64,000 bases of DNA. Source: Amoebidium appalachense (lineage: Eukaryota > Protista > Ichthyosporea). Under the pieces are notes generated by a model that was given only the letters and a program-made list of their open reading frames with translations, made no database searches and was not told the DNA's origin. A program made the translations under genes and the position numbers. Positions within the stretch are counted from its first letter, which is position 1; each line of letters opens with the position of its first letter. Location of the stretch: the NCBI GenBank assembly GCA_963693365.1, contig CAVNZM010000005.1, positions 7,200,710 through 7,264,709 on the forward strand. Direction: 5' to 3'. Below are positions 40,598-58,865 of this stretch, piece by piece.

Positions 40598-41200
40598 CTA
40601 TGGTGTCCAGCCACTCCGAGGGCACTTTGCCGACATCAGAATACCAGCTAAACAATTCGCTAAGAATACACGCAAGGGGTGGCGGCGGGCCACGCTGTTC
40701 GTCTTTCTCGGGGCGGGGTGGAATGAGTACCTTAAGTAGTGCCATAGGGATGCCGTCCGGCCCACACGCTTTGCGGGACGGGTAGCGGGAGACTAACTGC
40801 CATACCGCATCTGCGGTAAAGTGTGCCCCCAGTTCAGCCCCAAACTCAGCCGGCCCCGCTGGCCACGCCGTGTGTGGGGGTGGTGGTGTGTCGGTGGGTG
40901 GAACAAAAACAGGAGGGGGCGCCTGCCCCAGATTCGTGGCCATACAGGTCGGGTTACAGGGTGCCGTAATAAAACAAATCAGTTGCAGTTTCCGGGTCGG
41001 ATGACGGGTCGGCCGTTATTCGAATCGAATGATCGCCGCGATCAATCTTTCGAATATTACCCAATAGCATGTGATACGGTAGAGGCTTACGGTGTGTGTA
41101 GTTCGTGCTTGTGGGTAAACTTGGGCCTGGCACGTACTGACGGTGCCTGGGCTGCTTTGAACTTCACGTTCGCCAGGCACGTTGGCTTTTATGATCACGT
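40598..41200 (-). mobile_element. LINE ORF2 fragment (RT N-terminal domains 0-1)
   Basis: RKACGPDGIPMALLK…ILSELFS…GKVPSEWLDTIV, typical of the KxxGPDG and PxxW motifs. Confidence 0.88.
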
Positions 41201-42194
41201 ACCGTGAAACAGCCAATCAAAACGTTGTACAACAGATCGGCCAATCAGCGTGTTGTATCACTGTTTAGGGTATGCGTTTCGGCGCGTGCGTCTTGACCCC
41301 ACCTTGAGGCAACTTTTAAAAAAATTTAAAAGCCAATCGTTGGATAGGTACGAAGCGAAGCAAAATCCGAAATATTGCATGATTTTGAGGCAATCCAGAT
41401 AGGGCATCACGTCAGCCGTTTGCGCTCAAATTCAAACCTTGGTCAACAGCCGCGACCGTTATCATCCCATGTCTTGTACATGTCGCAAGGCTTTCAAGCG
41501 CCGGCACTTCTCGTGCACAGTTTTAATTTTGAAACTTTGTGTGATGTACTGCGCTCGTTTCAATCCGCGTGGTCTACCGTTGCAATATTTTGTATTTTGT
41601 CTATAGAACATTTAGCTAGGTTGTAGCAGCATACTGCGTGCCAGTGTCTGCTTATGTAATAATCTTTCTTTCATCCCTGCCGCACAGGTACCCTAATTAG
41701 TTAAGCCTAGAGTGTATTCATACTCTTTTTCTGCTTTTTCTGTGTTTATTTAGTATTATGTCAGCCTCCATACACCACGAAGATATCCCTAGTGTGCAAA
41801 ATGGCACTGATTCGCTGTCACAGTCGGAATCAAGGCTATTCTTTCAGGATGATCACCTTGATCCTCTTTATTAATAAACGAGCTTTGGCTTACGACACAG
41901 GCAATCGCGCGATTTCTCTTGGGTCCAAACCTGTTTGCGGGGGATTTACCAGGAACCAATAGATGAGGGGATTTGCTTTCCGACCAATCACAGAACTTGA
42001 TGATGAAAATTTCCTGGGTGACTCTATTTTTCCTTACACTCTCGCGACCGCGTGCATGCTTTCTCTCGCGGCGGCTCTACGGTCCCGTTCGCTGTGTGTG
42101 TAAGGAAAAATACGAGTCACCTCAGTAGGTGACAGAACTTGGGCACCTAAGCAGGCATATTCACCGACGTCCCACAAGGTTCCTCGTACTGTAG
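41201..42194. mobile_element. ~1 kb non-coding insertion splitting LINE ORF2 between APE and RT
   Basis: LINE coding similarity is lost between the two fragments. Several CCAATC motifs; no clear TIR or TSD seen. Confidence 0.45.
42017..42121. mobile_element. 105-bp mini foldback/MITE
   Basis: ggtgactc-tatttttccttacac … gtgtaaggaaaaatacgagtcacc, a ~23-bp inverted repeat with one indel. Confidence 0.75.
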
Positions 42195-43060
42195 ATCAGA
42201 CACCATGGATGAAGGTCTGGTCGGTTCGTAGCGGGGCTTGGCGTCCATCACGCACAAGCGACAATAGACTCGGTTGCACCGTCTGGAAAAAGAAGCGAGT
42301 TTCTGCTTGGCCGCGCTCGCTTTTAAGTTCGCGTACGTTAAGTCTGTAAGTGTGTTGTGGTGACGGCGTAGAAAGGCTAAGTGTAGTGCGAAAGACTACA
42401 GGTAGGTGGTCTGACGGTGGTGGGTGTAGGTTGTGGTGTACGTGTAAGGTGCAAGGACCAGAGGCTGCCCCCCAGTCCGTGCGGTGTTCTTGTACTACAG
42501 ATGGAAGAGTAAGGCGTAAGGCTGTAACAAAAGTGTGAAAAGTTGGTGTGCGTGGGTGGTCGGGTTTAAGTAGGGCCTGTGGGTGGCCGTGTATTGGGTG
42601 TGGTGTGGTAACTAACGGGCTATTAAAGTCTCCTAACACTAGTGTCGGGTTATGTAGTGCGATGGTGTTAAGTTCGTGTTTAAGTGCTAGCAGTGGAATG
42701 CTAGGTGGAAAATAAACAAAAGTGCATATATGGCCACAAACGGAAATGGTGAGTGTGTGTATTGTACGTGCTATAACTGAACAGTGGTTAACAAAGTGGG
42801 AGGCGGCGATGAACACTATGCCGGAGTGAGGCTTGTGGCCCACAGGCTGAGTAGACTCGCCCACGAGCCGTCCAGACCGACGAAGTGTGGCGTGGTCTCG
42901 CCACCACGTTTCTGCGACAACAATAAACGGGAACTCTGCTGGGATAACGAAAGAAGAAACTGTGCTTTACCCTTATTTAGACTACGAGCATTCCAGAAAA
43001 GAGAGGAGAGCATGTTACTGGGAGTTGGCTGGTGCGGCGGTGGGATCGTAGGGCTTGCTG
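42195..43060 (-). mobile_element. LINE apurinic-like endonuclease (APE) domain, 5' end of the element
   Basis: FWNARSL, VYFPP, LVLGDFNSP and SDHLPV motifs; frameshifted; no ORF1 upstream. Confidence 0.9.
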
Positions 43061-43078
43061 AAAAGTATAACATTACCG

Positions 43079-43150
43079 TCCCAATTGGTCTAGTGGTTAG
43101 GATTCCGCGCTTTCACCGCGGCGGCCGGGGTTCGATTCCCCGATTGGGAG
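43079..43150 (+). tRNA. tRNA-Glu (TTC)
   Basis: TCCCAAT/ATTGGGA acceptor stem, TGGTCTAGTGG A box, CCGCG-CTTTCAC-CGCGG anticodon arm, CGGGG-TTCGATT-CCCCG T arm, downstream T-run terminator. Confidence 0.97.
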
Positions 43151-43320
43151 CTTCCATTTTTTTTTTTGAATACCTGTTTGGTACCCCTGCCGCCTGGCCC
43201 TCTCATATATTTTGCTCTGTATGTCGCCGCCATTTTATGTTCACTTTACAGTCACCAAAAAACAAATTGAGAGCACGCGCATTATTAGCGCTTCTGAACA
43301 CTGCAACTCAACCCATCTAG

Positions 43321-47650
<4,330 letters not shown>

Positions 47651-47759
47651 AACCTATGGAAACCCAGCGCCACCAACACCTCTATCGGTTCCATTATGCC
47701 ATAACAATTAACATTACGACAATGCCTGTTCCAGCACACACAAACCCCGCATCACCCGC

Positions 47760-48130
47760 CTACGACCCAGAAACCTCCTCCATGGGTACCCGCTGGTAGC
47801 GGGGCTGCTTCTTTCCTCGCAACATCTTGAGCAGATTGCGCCGGAACATGAATGCAAGGCCCCCGAGAATGGCCAACACCACAAGCACACCCGCCATCTT
47901 GCCGTAGCTCAGAAACCCACCCTGCAATACCGAGTTTGTTAACTCACGGGAATAGACGCACTGGGCGGGCGGGGGTGGTGGTGGTGGGGGGAAGGGGAGG
48001 GGGAGGGGGGGGGGCGGATTATAGTGGTTTACAAAGTACACATTCACAACGACACAACACAAAACAGATTTGACAAGCACACTCGAGTATTCATCATAAG
48101 GAATATTCATACCAAAAATAAGGCATTCAG

Positions 48131-48186
<56 letters not shown>

Positions 48187-48188
48187 GT

Positions 48189-48224
<36 letters not shown>

Positions 48225-48886
48225 ATGCGCCATAGAGTCCACAGAAGAGGCGGGGGGAGGGGGGGGGGGGGGGGGTTCATCAGCAGAATACAATGTGTAG
48301 TGTCAATCAGCAGCGGGTAACGTGGATAATGCCCATTCTCGGGGGAAGGGGCACGGGGGGAGGGGGGGGGGGGGTTAGAAACTGCTACAGAGTACTTAGA
48401 CGACATTCAAGACGGACAACACAATGCGGAATCAAAACTGGAAACATACACAACGAACATGTATGGGGGGGGGGGGGGGGGGGGAGGGGGGTTCAACATT
48501 CCACAGTGAGGAAGACAACGTGCAATCACTGCAATGTAGTGCAGAACAACGAGGAGTTGGCGAGGGCCTGTATGTGTCTGTGAGGGTGCTCCTGTGTGTG
48601 CCTGTGAGGGTGGGTCTATGTGTGCCTGTGAGGGTGCAACTAAGTGTGCATGTGAAGATGGATCTGTGTGTGCTTCCGTGGGTACATCTGTGTGTGCCTG
48701 CCTGTAAGGGTGCATCTGTGTGTGCCTGCGAGTGTGCAAGTGTGCGTATGTGTGTGCCTATCAGTGCCCAACCTAGCCCCCGTACCTCTTCTGCTGCAGG
48801 TGTTGGGATGGGTGCAGGCGCCGGCGCCGGGGAAGGTTTCTGTCATACGACTTCCCGTCAGCACACGGCTAATCGTCTTGGTTGCA

Positions 48887-48930
<44 letters not shown>

Positions 48931-49225
48931 AAAAAAAAAGGAAGAAGAAGAAGAAGAAAAGGCAAACACACACATACACACAACACGTCATCGTCCTTCC
49001 CCTCGCTAAACATGGGAAACTACATGGGAAACTATGATAGGAAAACAAAAACAAGCACATTTCAATTATGATTCCAACCCCCTTGTATCGCACTATCACC
49101 TGTTGTCGTCGCTTCCTCCCGTTTTTCTCCACTTCTAGCCCTGCTCCAAAAAGAACCCTAGCTCCCTTGGCTAACAGACTCTTAGCTACCTGCGCAACGA
49201 CCTGGCGACAAGGAGGTATAACAGA

Positions 49226-49290
<65 letters not shown>

Positions 49291-49322
49291 CCACACGTCG
49301 ATCTTAATTTTTATTTCCATAT

Positions 49323-49360
<38 letters not shown>

Positions 49361-49978
49361 TCTCTCTCTGCACAGTTGCCGAAGAAGTGAAAGTGAGAGT
49401 AGGGGGGGAAGGGGGAGAGACACAGAGGAAGGAAGTATGTGTGTATGTGTATGCGCACACATATGTGATACCCTGCTTCTCCTATCCTTCTTCTTTCCCC
49501 CCTTCTCCCGCACGCGCGCATGTGTGTGTTCACCTATATGCCTGCGCGCGCATGTGTAGTGACGATGCGTATTTTCTTCCAAGCCGGGAGGGGAAGGGTT
49601 TGAATGCGGAATACGGTACGAAGTACGCATACACGAAGGACACATGCAAAGGCAAACATCCAAGTATGCAACATCAGCCATGCGCACAGTATGCGTCATA
49701 AGCAGAGCCCATCCTCAGGGAGGGCCCAAGTCATCAATTGCGTCTGAGTTTCGACCCCTTAGCCCGCGTATATACGACTCTCCAACTCAGACAGCAGCAT
49801 CAACTGAACTTGGGAGGGTCAACCCGTCTTGATCAAAGACGAGCAGGGTTGCTTATGCAAGCAAGGTGAGCAAAACGGTGAATATGTGTGCGCAAACTAA
49901 TGCAGTGCAGCGGAAAATGCGTATGTGCTTACAGATGCACGACACAGAGCAACCATGCCCGGTTGCATGGAAGTAAAG

Positions 49979-50009
<31 letters not shown>

Positions 50010-50080
50010 TATAGAAACAGATATCTCACACAACGGAAAAAAGGAGATGCACAGGGGCATACATCAAAGGAAAGTCCTTC

Positions 50081-50125
<45 letters not shown>

Positions 50126-50681
50126 GAAGAAAAGAAAAGAAAAACCAACAAACACCCGCTCACAACCCAACCTTTTCCTTGTCACTTTTTTTTTTTCTGG
50201 GGGCGGCAGGGGGAGGGAGGAATATGAAAAGCAAACCAAACAAGGGGTGGGGGGGGTGGGGGGAGGGTGGGGGGGGGGGAAGAGCAAGTGCTACAGAGTA
50301 CACAGCAAACATTTGCCACCAACAGCACAATGCAGATTATGAAAACAGGAGCACCACAATCGTTATATGTAGACAGCATTGATCTCTCGTGGGTAAGAGG
50401 GGAGGGCGGTGCGGGGGGGGGGGGGGGGGGGGGGGGGGGAGGGGGGGGGGGGGACTCACTTCTTCGTCATCTCGCCTGTGCCTCAATGGGACCACCTGCA
50501 CCCACCCACAGAATCAGTACCATACGCCGCAAACACGTGGCAGTCACGAACAGGAACATATTATAGAGCTTAAACCGGGAAGATCACTAATGACCAAAAA
50601 ATAACTGCATCAACCCTAGGTTCACATTTGTGAGGACATCGAGATTATGGTGTGTGCGTGTGTGCCTCTGTGTGTGTGTGG

Positions 50682-50718
<37 letters not shown>

Positions 50719-51733
50719 TGAGTGAGTGAGTGAGTGAGTGAGTGAGTGAGTGAGTGAGTGTGAATGTGTGTGTGTTATGTGTGCGCGTGTGCATGTATGT
50801 GTGTGTCAGCCTTTGTGCATGTGTACGTACAACAGATACATGCAATACACCAGACCCACACATGCAAGCCATTTGTGGTGTAGGGACCACGGGGGTAGGT
50901 ATGCTTTCATACCTGGGTATTGTATTGTTCTTGCTCTGGCAAGGCTATTTGAAGTCCATAATCTGGTATACCAGGAAGCTGTTAGAAATTCGAAACTGTG
51001 ACAGGATGTAATAACCAACCAACCCAAATAGCTTGCATTTGAATTTGCTCAACTAAGTTCCCATATTATCTTTTCCTCCCACCCACACATCCTTCTTCCT
51101 ACACCTTTAACCAACGTCCTTCCCTTCCTGAAAAACCTAACAGCAGGCATACAAGCGTATACACACACACTGTGAATGCAAGTGTGCCGCTAACCCCCCC
51201 CCCCCCCCCCCCCCTCTTCCAGTTGGCCCCTCGCTCCCCCGCCCCCTTCTCCCCACCCTTCCTCTCCAATCGACAGCCCCCCCCCACCCCTCCCTCCTCC
51301 CCCCCCTCCCCCCTCTTCCCCCTCACCCAAAAGATCACCACCACCACAGCACAGACACACAAGCACACAGACATCCATTATCCACCCATCCCGTCACATG
51401 CTATAAACTTGTCGTGTCCCCTTTCACCTATAACAGCACCCAATCCATGCAAGCTTCACTTCCTTCTAGCTGCTCACACTACCACACAAGGCATAGACAA
51501 ATAAATGCTAATCAAAGGTCTGTTGTATAGCTCGAGTGCCTTGACCTAACCTCCCCCCCCCCCCCCCCTTCCCCCACCCCACACAACCATCTCTCCCCCC
51601 CCCCCCCCCCCCCCCCCAGCAACCTTCCGTCCCTCGCCCTCACCCGCCTCCCCCCTCCACTTCCCCCCCCCCCCCCCCCCCCGTGTTGGTTCTCAACACA
51701 ACACAATTGCACTACTCCTATCAACCCCCCCCC

Positions 51734-51764
<31 letters not shown>

Positions 51765-52587
51765 ACACCACCACCACCACCCCCTTCCCCCTCAAATACC
51801 ACAGCTATCCCTGGTAAGGAGAGAATGACGTATTGGGAAAGTGCGGCCCGTAAACCATTCCAGCTCTCCCTGTCTCTCCACTCCCAAACTTCTCATCTCT
51901 TTCTACCTCTCCCCTTCCTCCCCCCGCCCCCCTCTCCCCTCCCCCCCCTCTCAACCCCCCCATACACACACACACACACCCGGCTATCACAATCCATGCT
52001 CCTCCCCCATCCGGTCAAAGACAATCCTTCAGTTGATATTTTCCTACCAGTAGCCTACTTAAGCCCAATTCTCTTCCTCAACTCTAGTCTACCCCTTCCC
52101 CTGCTTCACTTCCTCATTCCCCTCCACAACCGAAGTGGACATGTAGCAGTAAGAAAGAGATAAATAAACCAACAGACACCCTCAAACTCACCAGACAAAC
52201 TGTGTGCTTCAAGAAAAACCCCTCTCTATGAACAAACTCTTCCAGTGAATAGGAGCAGAAAGAGCGTAAAAAAGGCCACACAACAACCTATGTCTGCTAA
52301 ACACAAGAGGAGGGTAGGACCTAGATCCACGTGTGCTTCCGGGTGGAGGCAGAAGAGCTGAAACCCGTAGACGAGAAAAAGAGAATCGCGAAAAAGGGTC
52401 AAGCCAAAACGTGCAAGGCAGCTACTATACTGCACCATATACCAGAATGCCCCGTTTACAGAAGAAGCACCTTGAGCAAGGCGAGGGAAGAGCAAGGTGT
52501 ACCTTGCTTGGTGGCTTTACTTGATGCAGTCTGAGCGGCAACTCCAAGGATAAAGAGCAAGGCAAGAAGCTTGACTACACTTCTCAT
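47760..52587 (-). CDS. Single-pass type I membrane protein with signal peptide and C-terminal YxxPhi (YQRV) motif
   Basis: Exons ~52503-52587 (MRSVVKLLALLFILGVAA), ~52288-52357, ~51802-51869, ~50913-50978, ~50460-50495, 49100-49201, ~48786-48839, 47760-47921 (MAGVLVVLAILGGLAFMFRR…RYQRVPMEEVSGS*). Confidence 0.75.
48565..48745. repeat. Degenerate ~24-bp intronic tandem repeat
   Basis: ctgtgagggtgNNNctgtgtgtgc-like units, about 7 copies. Confidence 0.75.
49597..49867 (-). repeat. Structured dispersed repeat family, copy G (complete core)
   Basis: On the - strand: GCATAAGCAACCCTG-CTCGTCTTTGATCAAGACGGG-TT-GACCCT…GGGGTC-GAAACTCAG…CTTGGG-CCCTCC-CTGAGGA-TGGGCTCTGCTTATG. Confidence 0.85.
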
Positions 52588-53921
52588 TTTACAGAATAGG
52601 GCAACACAGGCGTACGTGGTTTTAAAGTTTGGTCCTCTTCTTCTTTCAGATCTAAACGTCCAACCGAGGCCTCACAACCGTTGCCTCCCTCTGTATGCTT
52701 GAAACCTGTGCCTGTAGCTACAGCTTTGCTGGTCTGTTTTCAGCCGGCGCGTATAATAGAAAATTGTATTCCAGTTATTGAATACTCAAGTATAGGTTAT
52801 TGGTGACATACTATTTCTATAAAACACACAGTTCGGTTCAGGTGAGTGAAAAACTATTTTTTTATGATACGGGGCCGTGCAGTCACAGCGGCTCCGCGGC
52901 ACTTGCCAAGTTAGATACGGGCCAGTGGTAATTCGGGTCAAGGTCCATAAGATAAATGTTCCATCTTTAAAGCATACAGAATGTAGAGTAATACTAAAAC
53001 GCCACATTATTGAAGCTGCATGGCAGGCTATAACCACATTAATTTTATACATATAATAGTATCAAAGCTATAGGTGCACACCTCTTGTATACTTATCTGC
53101 ACAAAATATGCGTGCCTCTTTCCCCCTCCTTTTAAAGTAGAGGGAAAGGACTGCCCGTTGCGGGTTTTTCAAGTTTCCAAATATAGAGTAGGCGCCAAAA
53201 TTACCTGCAACGTCACTGGCAATTTGGTCCGTCCTGCAGCACAGAGCTGATTGGCTGCAACAGAGAAGGTCAACAAAAAGGTTTCGTAGCTACGTAGGCC
53301 ATTATGTAAGCAACCAAACTTCAGTACAGAATTCACGATTTATAGATACGTCAGAACTTTTTCTTTAGTTAACTGAAATCTACAATGTTGTTCCACATTA
53401 TTCCATTTGCATTTAACGATTTTTTGCGGGTGTATATAAATGCCACAGCCGAGTCAGACTTGCGGCGCGCGCGCCGTGCTGCCTCAAGCTTGTCCCTTGA
53501 TTAGTTTCCAATCAGGCATTATTCATGCCGGTCTGTGTGCGCCACATGCGTATGGCTGCTGTCACCCACATCATACACCAAACCATGAACAAGGTGCTTT
53601 GTTTTTTCGCTCGACAACTTGAACTCGTTTTACATTTTAGCCTTCTTCCGTCTGCTTTGTCGCTATTGTCAAGGCAGAGGCCCATGTTTGTGTTTGTGAC
53701 TGGGTGCAGCGGAGGTGAGCATTCTCCCGGCTCTCTCGCCTTTTCACGAATTCTGATTAGGGTTTTGATTACATTTTTTTATCCTGAACATATAGCCCTT
53801 CGAGTTGTGGGTGTTCCCTTGGCATCAAAGCTTGTGACTGCCTATGTGCCGGCAAACCTTTTCTCTTGATGTTGCACCAACCTAACACCTGGCCTGTCTT
53901 ACAGGGCAGTAATTGGACAGC

Positions 53922-56683
53922 ATGGCTCGAAGTGCGGCCAAACAAGGGGCAGAGCCCGCCAAGCCCACGGCTAAGGTAGGCAAGGACATTGAGGGAAAGT
54001 GTAGTAGATATTGGAGTAGGCGCGGGTTTGGTGGTTTGATAAGGATAGTTGTTCAAAGTAGCGAGAGCATGGGAGAACATGGCACGTTGAAGAGGAGAGG
54101 GAGGGGGGGGGAGGGAAGAGGGAGGGGTGTCAATAGGATTGGGTTCTGTTTTGTTTGAGTTGGGATGCAGGCAAGGTTGTTACGGAAGAACTGGGATCGG
54201 GCTGTTGCTGGGTGGGAACTTCGTCAGTTGATGGCTTCTGTAGGGAGGGGGTGGGGGGGGTGGAAGGGGGGGAGGGGGCGAATACTTGGGTGGATGGTGG
54301 TGGTGGTGGTGGTGGTGGTGGAGAGGGAGGCAGGGGGGGGGGGGGGGGGGGGGAAGGAGGGCATAGTGGGTTTGGTTTGAGAAGAAGGATGGACTGTAGA
54401 TGGGAACGGTAGGGAAAGGGGAAGAGGAGGAGAGAAAGCAGGAGGGAGTTTTGGGGTTTGTGGGACGGATAGGAACTTGGAATGGCGTGCTTGTGTTCGG
54501 CAGGATGCACGTGTGCTCCCTGCTTTGCCTTGTGTGTGCATAACAACATGCTGAATTTGGAGGTTGGTTTCCCACGAGCAGACCGTGGCATAGGTTTCTG
54601 CTTCTTTTACTTTCTGCTTCGATCAGCTAGGTGTCATAATTTGGAAATGGATGGATGACTGTTCAAGTTCAAATAAATCATAGTTAGTTCGGCACACCAT
54701 CGCTTTTGCTTACCCGCCCTCTGCACCACAGGCAGAGATTAAGCCGACAGAGCAGCAGGTCATGTTGACAAAGATTCTCGGCACGGGGCTGACTGAAGAT
54801 GAAGTGAAAGGTGTGTATTGATGGTGAAAGTGGGCCAGCAGGGGCTGGTGTGCTTCACAAGAGAGTATATTTGAAGTAGGGATCGTGGATAGTGAGATAG
54901 TGGTTTGTTCTCCTTCTGGGAGGGGCTGGGCCACAAGAAGGTTGGGGGAGGGGGAGGGGGGAACAAGGGAGACACAAGAAAGTGGGTGTGATGTGGGGAT
55001 GTACGGGGATTGGAAGCTCTCGTCATAGAGCACATGTGTGAAATAAGGTAGGCGTGCTGTGAGGTGCACGCAAATGTGCATGTATGAGCGTGTGTGTGTT
55101 TGCGTGGGTGTGTATGCCTCACCTGGTTGTTCCCTAGTGCTCATGTTCTTGCTTTGCCTTGTGATGATTGATTGGTGCCGAATTTCTTGCTTTGCGTCTT
55201 CTGATGCTTACTTGTTGTTGCGCACCTTGCTTGGCCTCATCCATGGCTAGTTTGATGTCAAATTTTCCTCTTACCTCTATTCGAGATCCTTGCTTGGCCC
55301 CTTGTGATGCGTGGGTGCTGCATTTCTCTCTTGGCCTCACCATGTGTGTGCTTGCCGCTTAGTTTGCTCACCCTCAACTCGAGATTCTGGCTTGCTCCCA
55401 TCAGATTTTTGATTGGTGCTGTGTTTCATGCTTGTCCTCATGCTGGGCACATGTGCAGGGCTGGTGAGGCAGGTAAAGGACGTGACGGGTTGCAAGCTGG
55501 GGGATGAGGCCATCTTGGATATTCTGCATAACAACGGCTACGACGTGAACACGGCCGCAAACTTCATATTCGGTATGCATTTTTCGGATTTTTCATTCCA
55601 GGGGGTTTTTTTTGGGGGGGGAGGGGGGGGGGGGGAGGAGACAGAAGTTCGAACCATTGTATGTGTTAGATATGTGTTGAAGTAACTCTGCTTGGGCAGG
55701 GGGAAGGGGCGGGGCGGGGGGGGGGGGGGGGGGGGGGGGGGAAGGAGTAGGTGGAAGGGGGCATGGGCGGGGAGGGGAACACACACGGGCTTTTTGGTGT
55801 GTGCACTACAGTAGTTGTGTTCGAGGTTTAGGTGAGGGAGAATGAGAGGTCAGTGGCTGCGGAGGGAAGGAGGGAAGGGAGGAATTGAAATCTAGGAAGA
55901 GCTTTTGGATAATGTTGGAAATATGTGTAGTGCAGACACATACTCTATCTGACGTTTCTGATTGTCTGGTGCTCTGCAGAGTCCAAGGACAGCAACCCTT
56001 CTGAGGAATGGACCGAGACCAAGCGCAAGGGCAAGAAGAAGGAGGAGGAGACTAGGCCACCGGCACCGAGGGGTCTCCCCCGTGCTGCATCCACAGATGC
56101 CAGAAAGGGCAAAGGTGGGTGCTTGTGGTTGGCGGGTGTGGTTGAAGGGTAGGCGGTGGGGGGTGGGACGGGGGCGAGGGGGGCAGGGGGAGGGGGGGGG
56201 GGGGGGGGGGGGGCAGGGGAGTTAGGGACGGGTAGAAGAGCAGACAAACCATGGTGCTGGATGATATACAGGAGGACGTAAGAGAGTTAAGGGAAGGATG
56301 AGGGAAGAGGGAGGAGAGAGTGTGTGTGGATGGGTAGGAGGGGGTGGTTAGGGGGGAAGGGGGGGGGGGGGGGGGAGGAGATTATCTTGTGTGATATCGA
56401 CTGGCTCAAGAAATACCCTTATTGGTGCGTTAGACCTGGTTTGGTGTGAAAGGCAGGCAGTGGCGTCTGGAGTGGGGGTTTGGGGGGGGGGGAGGAGGAG
56501 GGGAGGAACGAAGGGATGGGGGGGATTGGGGGAGGGGGGGGGAAACCAGAGGTGATGGGGAGGAACTAACGGACAACGGAAGGGGTATTGGCAAAACGCT
56601 AGTGAGTACATAAAGAGGTAAATCGGGAAGTGTGTGTGTGTGTGTGGGTGGGGGGGGGGGGGGGGGGGGGGGAGACGGGTGTG

Positions 56684-56714
<31 letters not shown>

Positions 56715-56728
56715 CTGTCTGGGGTGGT

Positions 56729-56762
<34 letters not shown>

Positions 56763-56916
56763 AGGAGGAAGGGGGGGAGGAGTTAGCAGGGTTGTAAGAC
56801 TTTTTCTGAGCTGACAAAAGATTTCTTTTTTAGAAGGGAGAGGCGAGAGGAACGAAGGCAGGTCTCACGGAGGAGACCACGGTGGCAAACGGGCCGATCA
56901 CACCAAGGTATACTAC

Positions 56917-56974
<58 letters not shown>

Positions 56975-58145
56975 ACCACCACCACCACCTTGCCCCGTCC
57001 CAATCCGTTTTGCTAAGCTCCTGTCACTGTCTCCCTTGCTTGTGTTTTGTGCGATGCTCGACACTTTCTTATATATGCATGGCCGCAAGCACAGTCGCGC
57101 AAACGAACGTGCACGTAGCATAGATAAACAATTCACGCACCGAGCATAAATATGTGCACCCACACACAAGCTAAAATGCACATCGGCACATTTAGAAGCA
57201 TGGTGCATGTGCCCTTGGCTGCACATGCACACCATCGGGCACATGCATCCACACGCATCTTGCATGTGCACATCCGTACAATCACAACTATACCTGCATT
57301 GACACGGCTTGCTGAGTGGCTCACAGGCACGAACAATTCATTGCATACCACATGTGTGTTCCACACACGCTGATGAGTGTTTTCACAGACTCACACACAC
57401 ACACAGGGCACTACACACACACACAGGACACTAGAAAACAATGCTCCTTGGTATGACGTGGGGAGACGGGGATGGTCAGGCAATTGTGTTATCATTGGTT
57501 CTGTGTGCAAGTGTGCAGTGTGCATGTCTGTGCGTGTGCACGTGTGTTTGTGTCGTGCATGATGTGCTTACGGATGTGGTGTGTGTGCCTGCATGCGTCC
57601 GCGAATGCAAGGCTATGTGCATCTGCTACCGTACCTGTGACCTTACACACTATTTGCATCCACCCTTCTAGCAACCAAATCCTTGCGGTGCTCCGTACCT
57701 CTGCCTTGAACCGGTATATCCCAGCACAACCATGTGTCACACCTATTATACCCTTAGCTATCACCCAGTCCACCTCATCCATCCGCTCGCTCCCAGGCAT
57801 CTTACCCATCCGCCCATTTCTCCCCCCATACAGGCCGACATATCCACAGGTGCAAACGGTATCCACGCCGACGCCGCCCACCACGATTCCCCCGTCGATA
57901 CCCCCTCACCTGCCTCCAACACTGAAACAGTAGTCGAGCAAGCACCTGCTACCGGCTGGGAGGAGTCACCTGCCGACGCTTCACAGGTCAGCCCACGTGT
58001 GTCAAACGCAAACGGGAGAGCCCCGGCAACCACGGGACCAGGGAGAGGTGGACGTGGGGGCGGTTGGGCCCCGACCAGCCGCAGCGTCGTGGTTCGTGCA
58101 CGTGCAACAGTCGGGGTACGTGTACATGCGCCGGCTGGTGTTCTC

Positions 58146-58213
<68 letters not shown>

Positions 58214-58831
58214 CTTTTCTCTGTTTGCTATGAATTTGTACACCCCTGGCGGTCCCTTCCCCCCCCCCCCCCCCCCTCCTTCCCACAAAGGGATAGGCTC
58301 TATTTATAATGCATGTTTGGTTTGCACCCTGCATTGTGTTGTCCGTTATGAATGTGTCCTTCGTATTCTATGACACATCATAACCTTCCCCCCTTTCCCC
58401 GCTTCCGCGCCCCCTCTCAACGCACACACACACACACACACACAAACAGTTAGCATAAACGGTGTGGTGAAGTGCAAAGCAACATGTGTTGTGCACCTGT
58501 GAATCACTTCGCCACAAGCGATGAATGACCTTTTCCCCTTTCGTGTATGCCATGCATTGATTTGTGAGGCCAATACAGTAGTGTGCCGTTTGCTGTGCAC
58601 AAGTCAGCCACCCCTAACACAGGTTTCCTTTACAGCAGGGACGTGCTGACAGGGGAGACCGCGATCGTGAGCGCCCGCCACAGGCAAACGGGGGTGCAGG
58701 CGCAGGGCAGAGGGGGAGGGAGGGGGAGGAGGGACGGGAGGGAGAAGACAGAGAGGCAGGAAGAGAAGGTGGTCGAGCAGAAGCCTGCCCCACCCCCTGC
58801 ACCCACGTGGGCAAACCTGCTCTTCAAGTAT

Positions 58832-58865
<34 letters not shown>

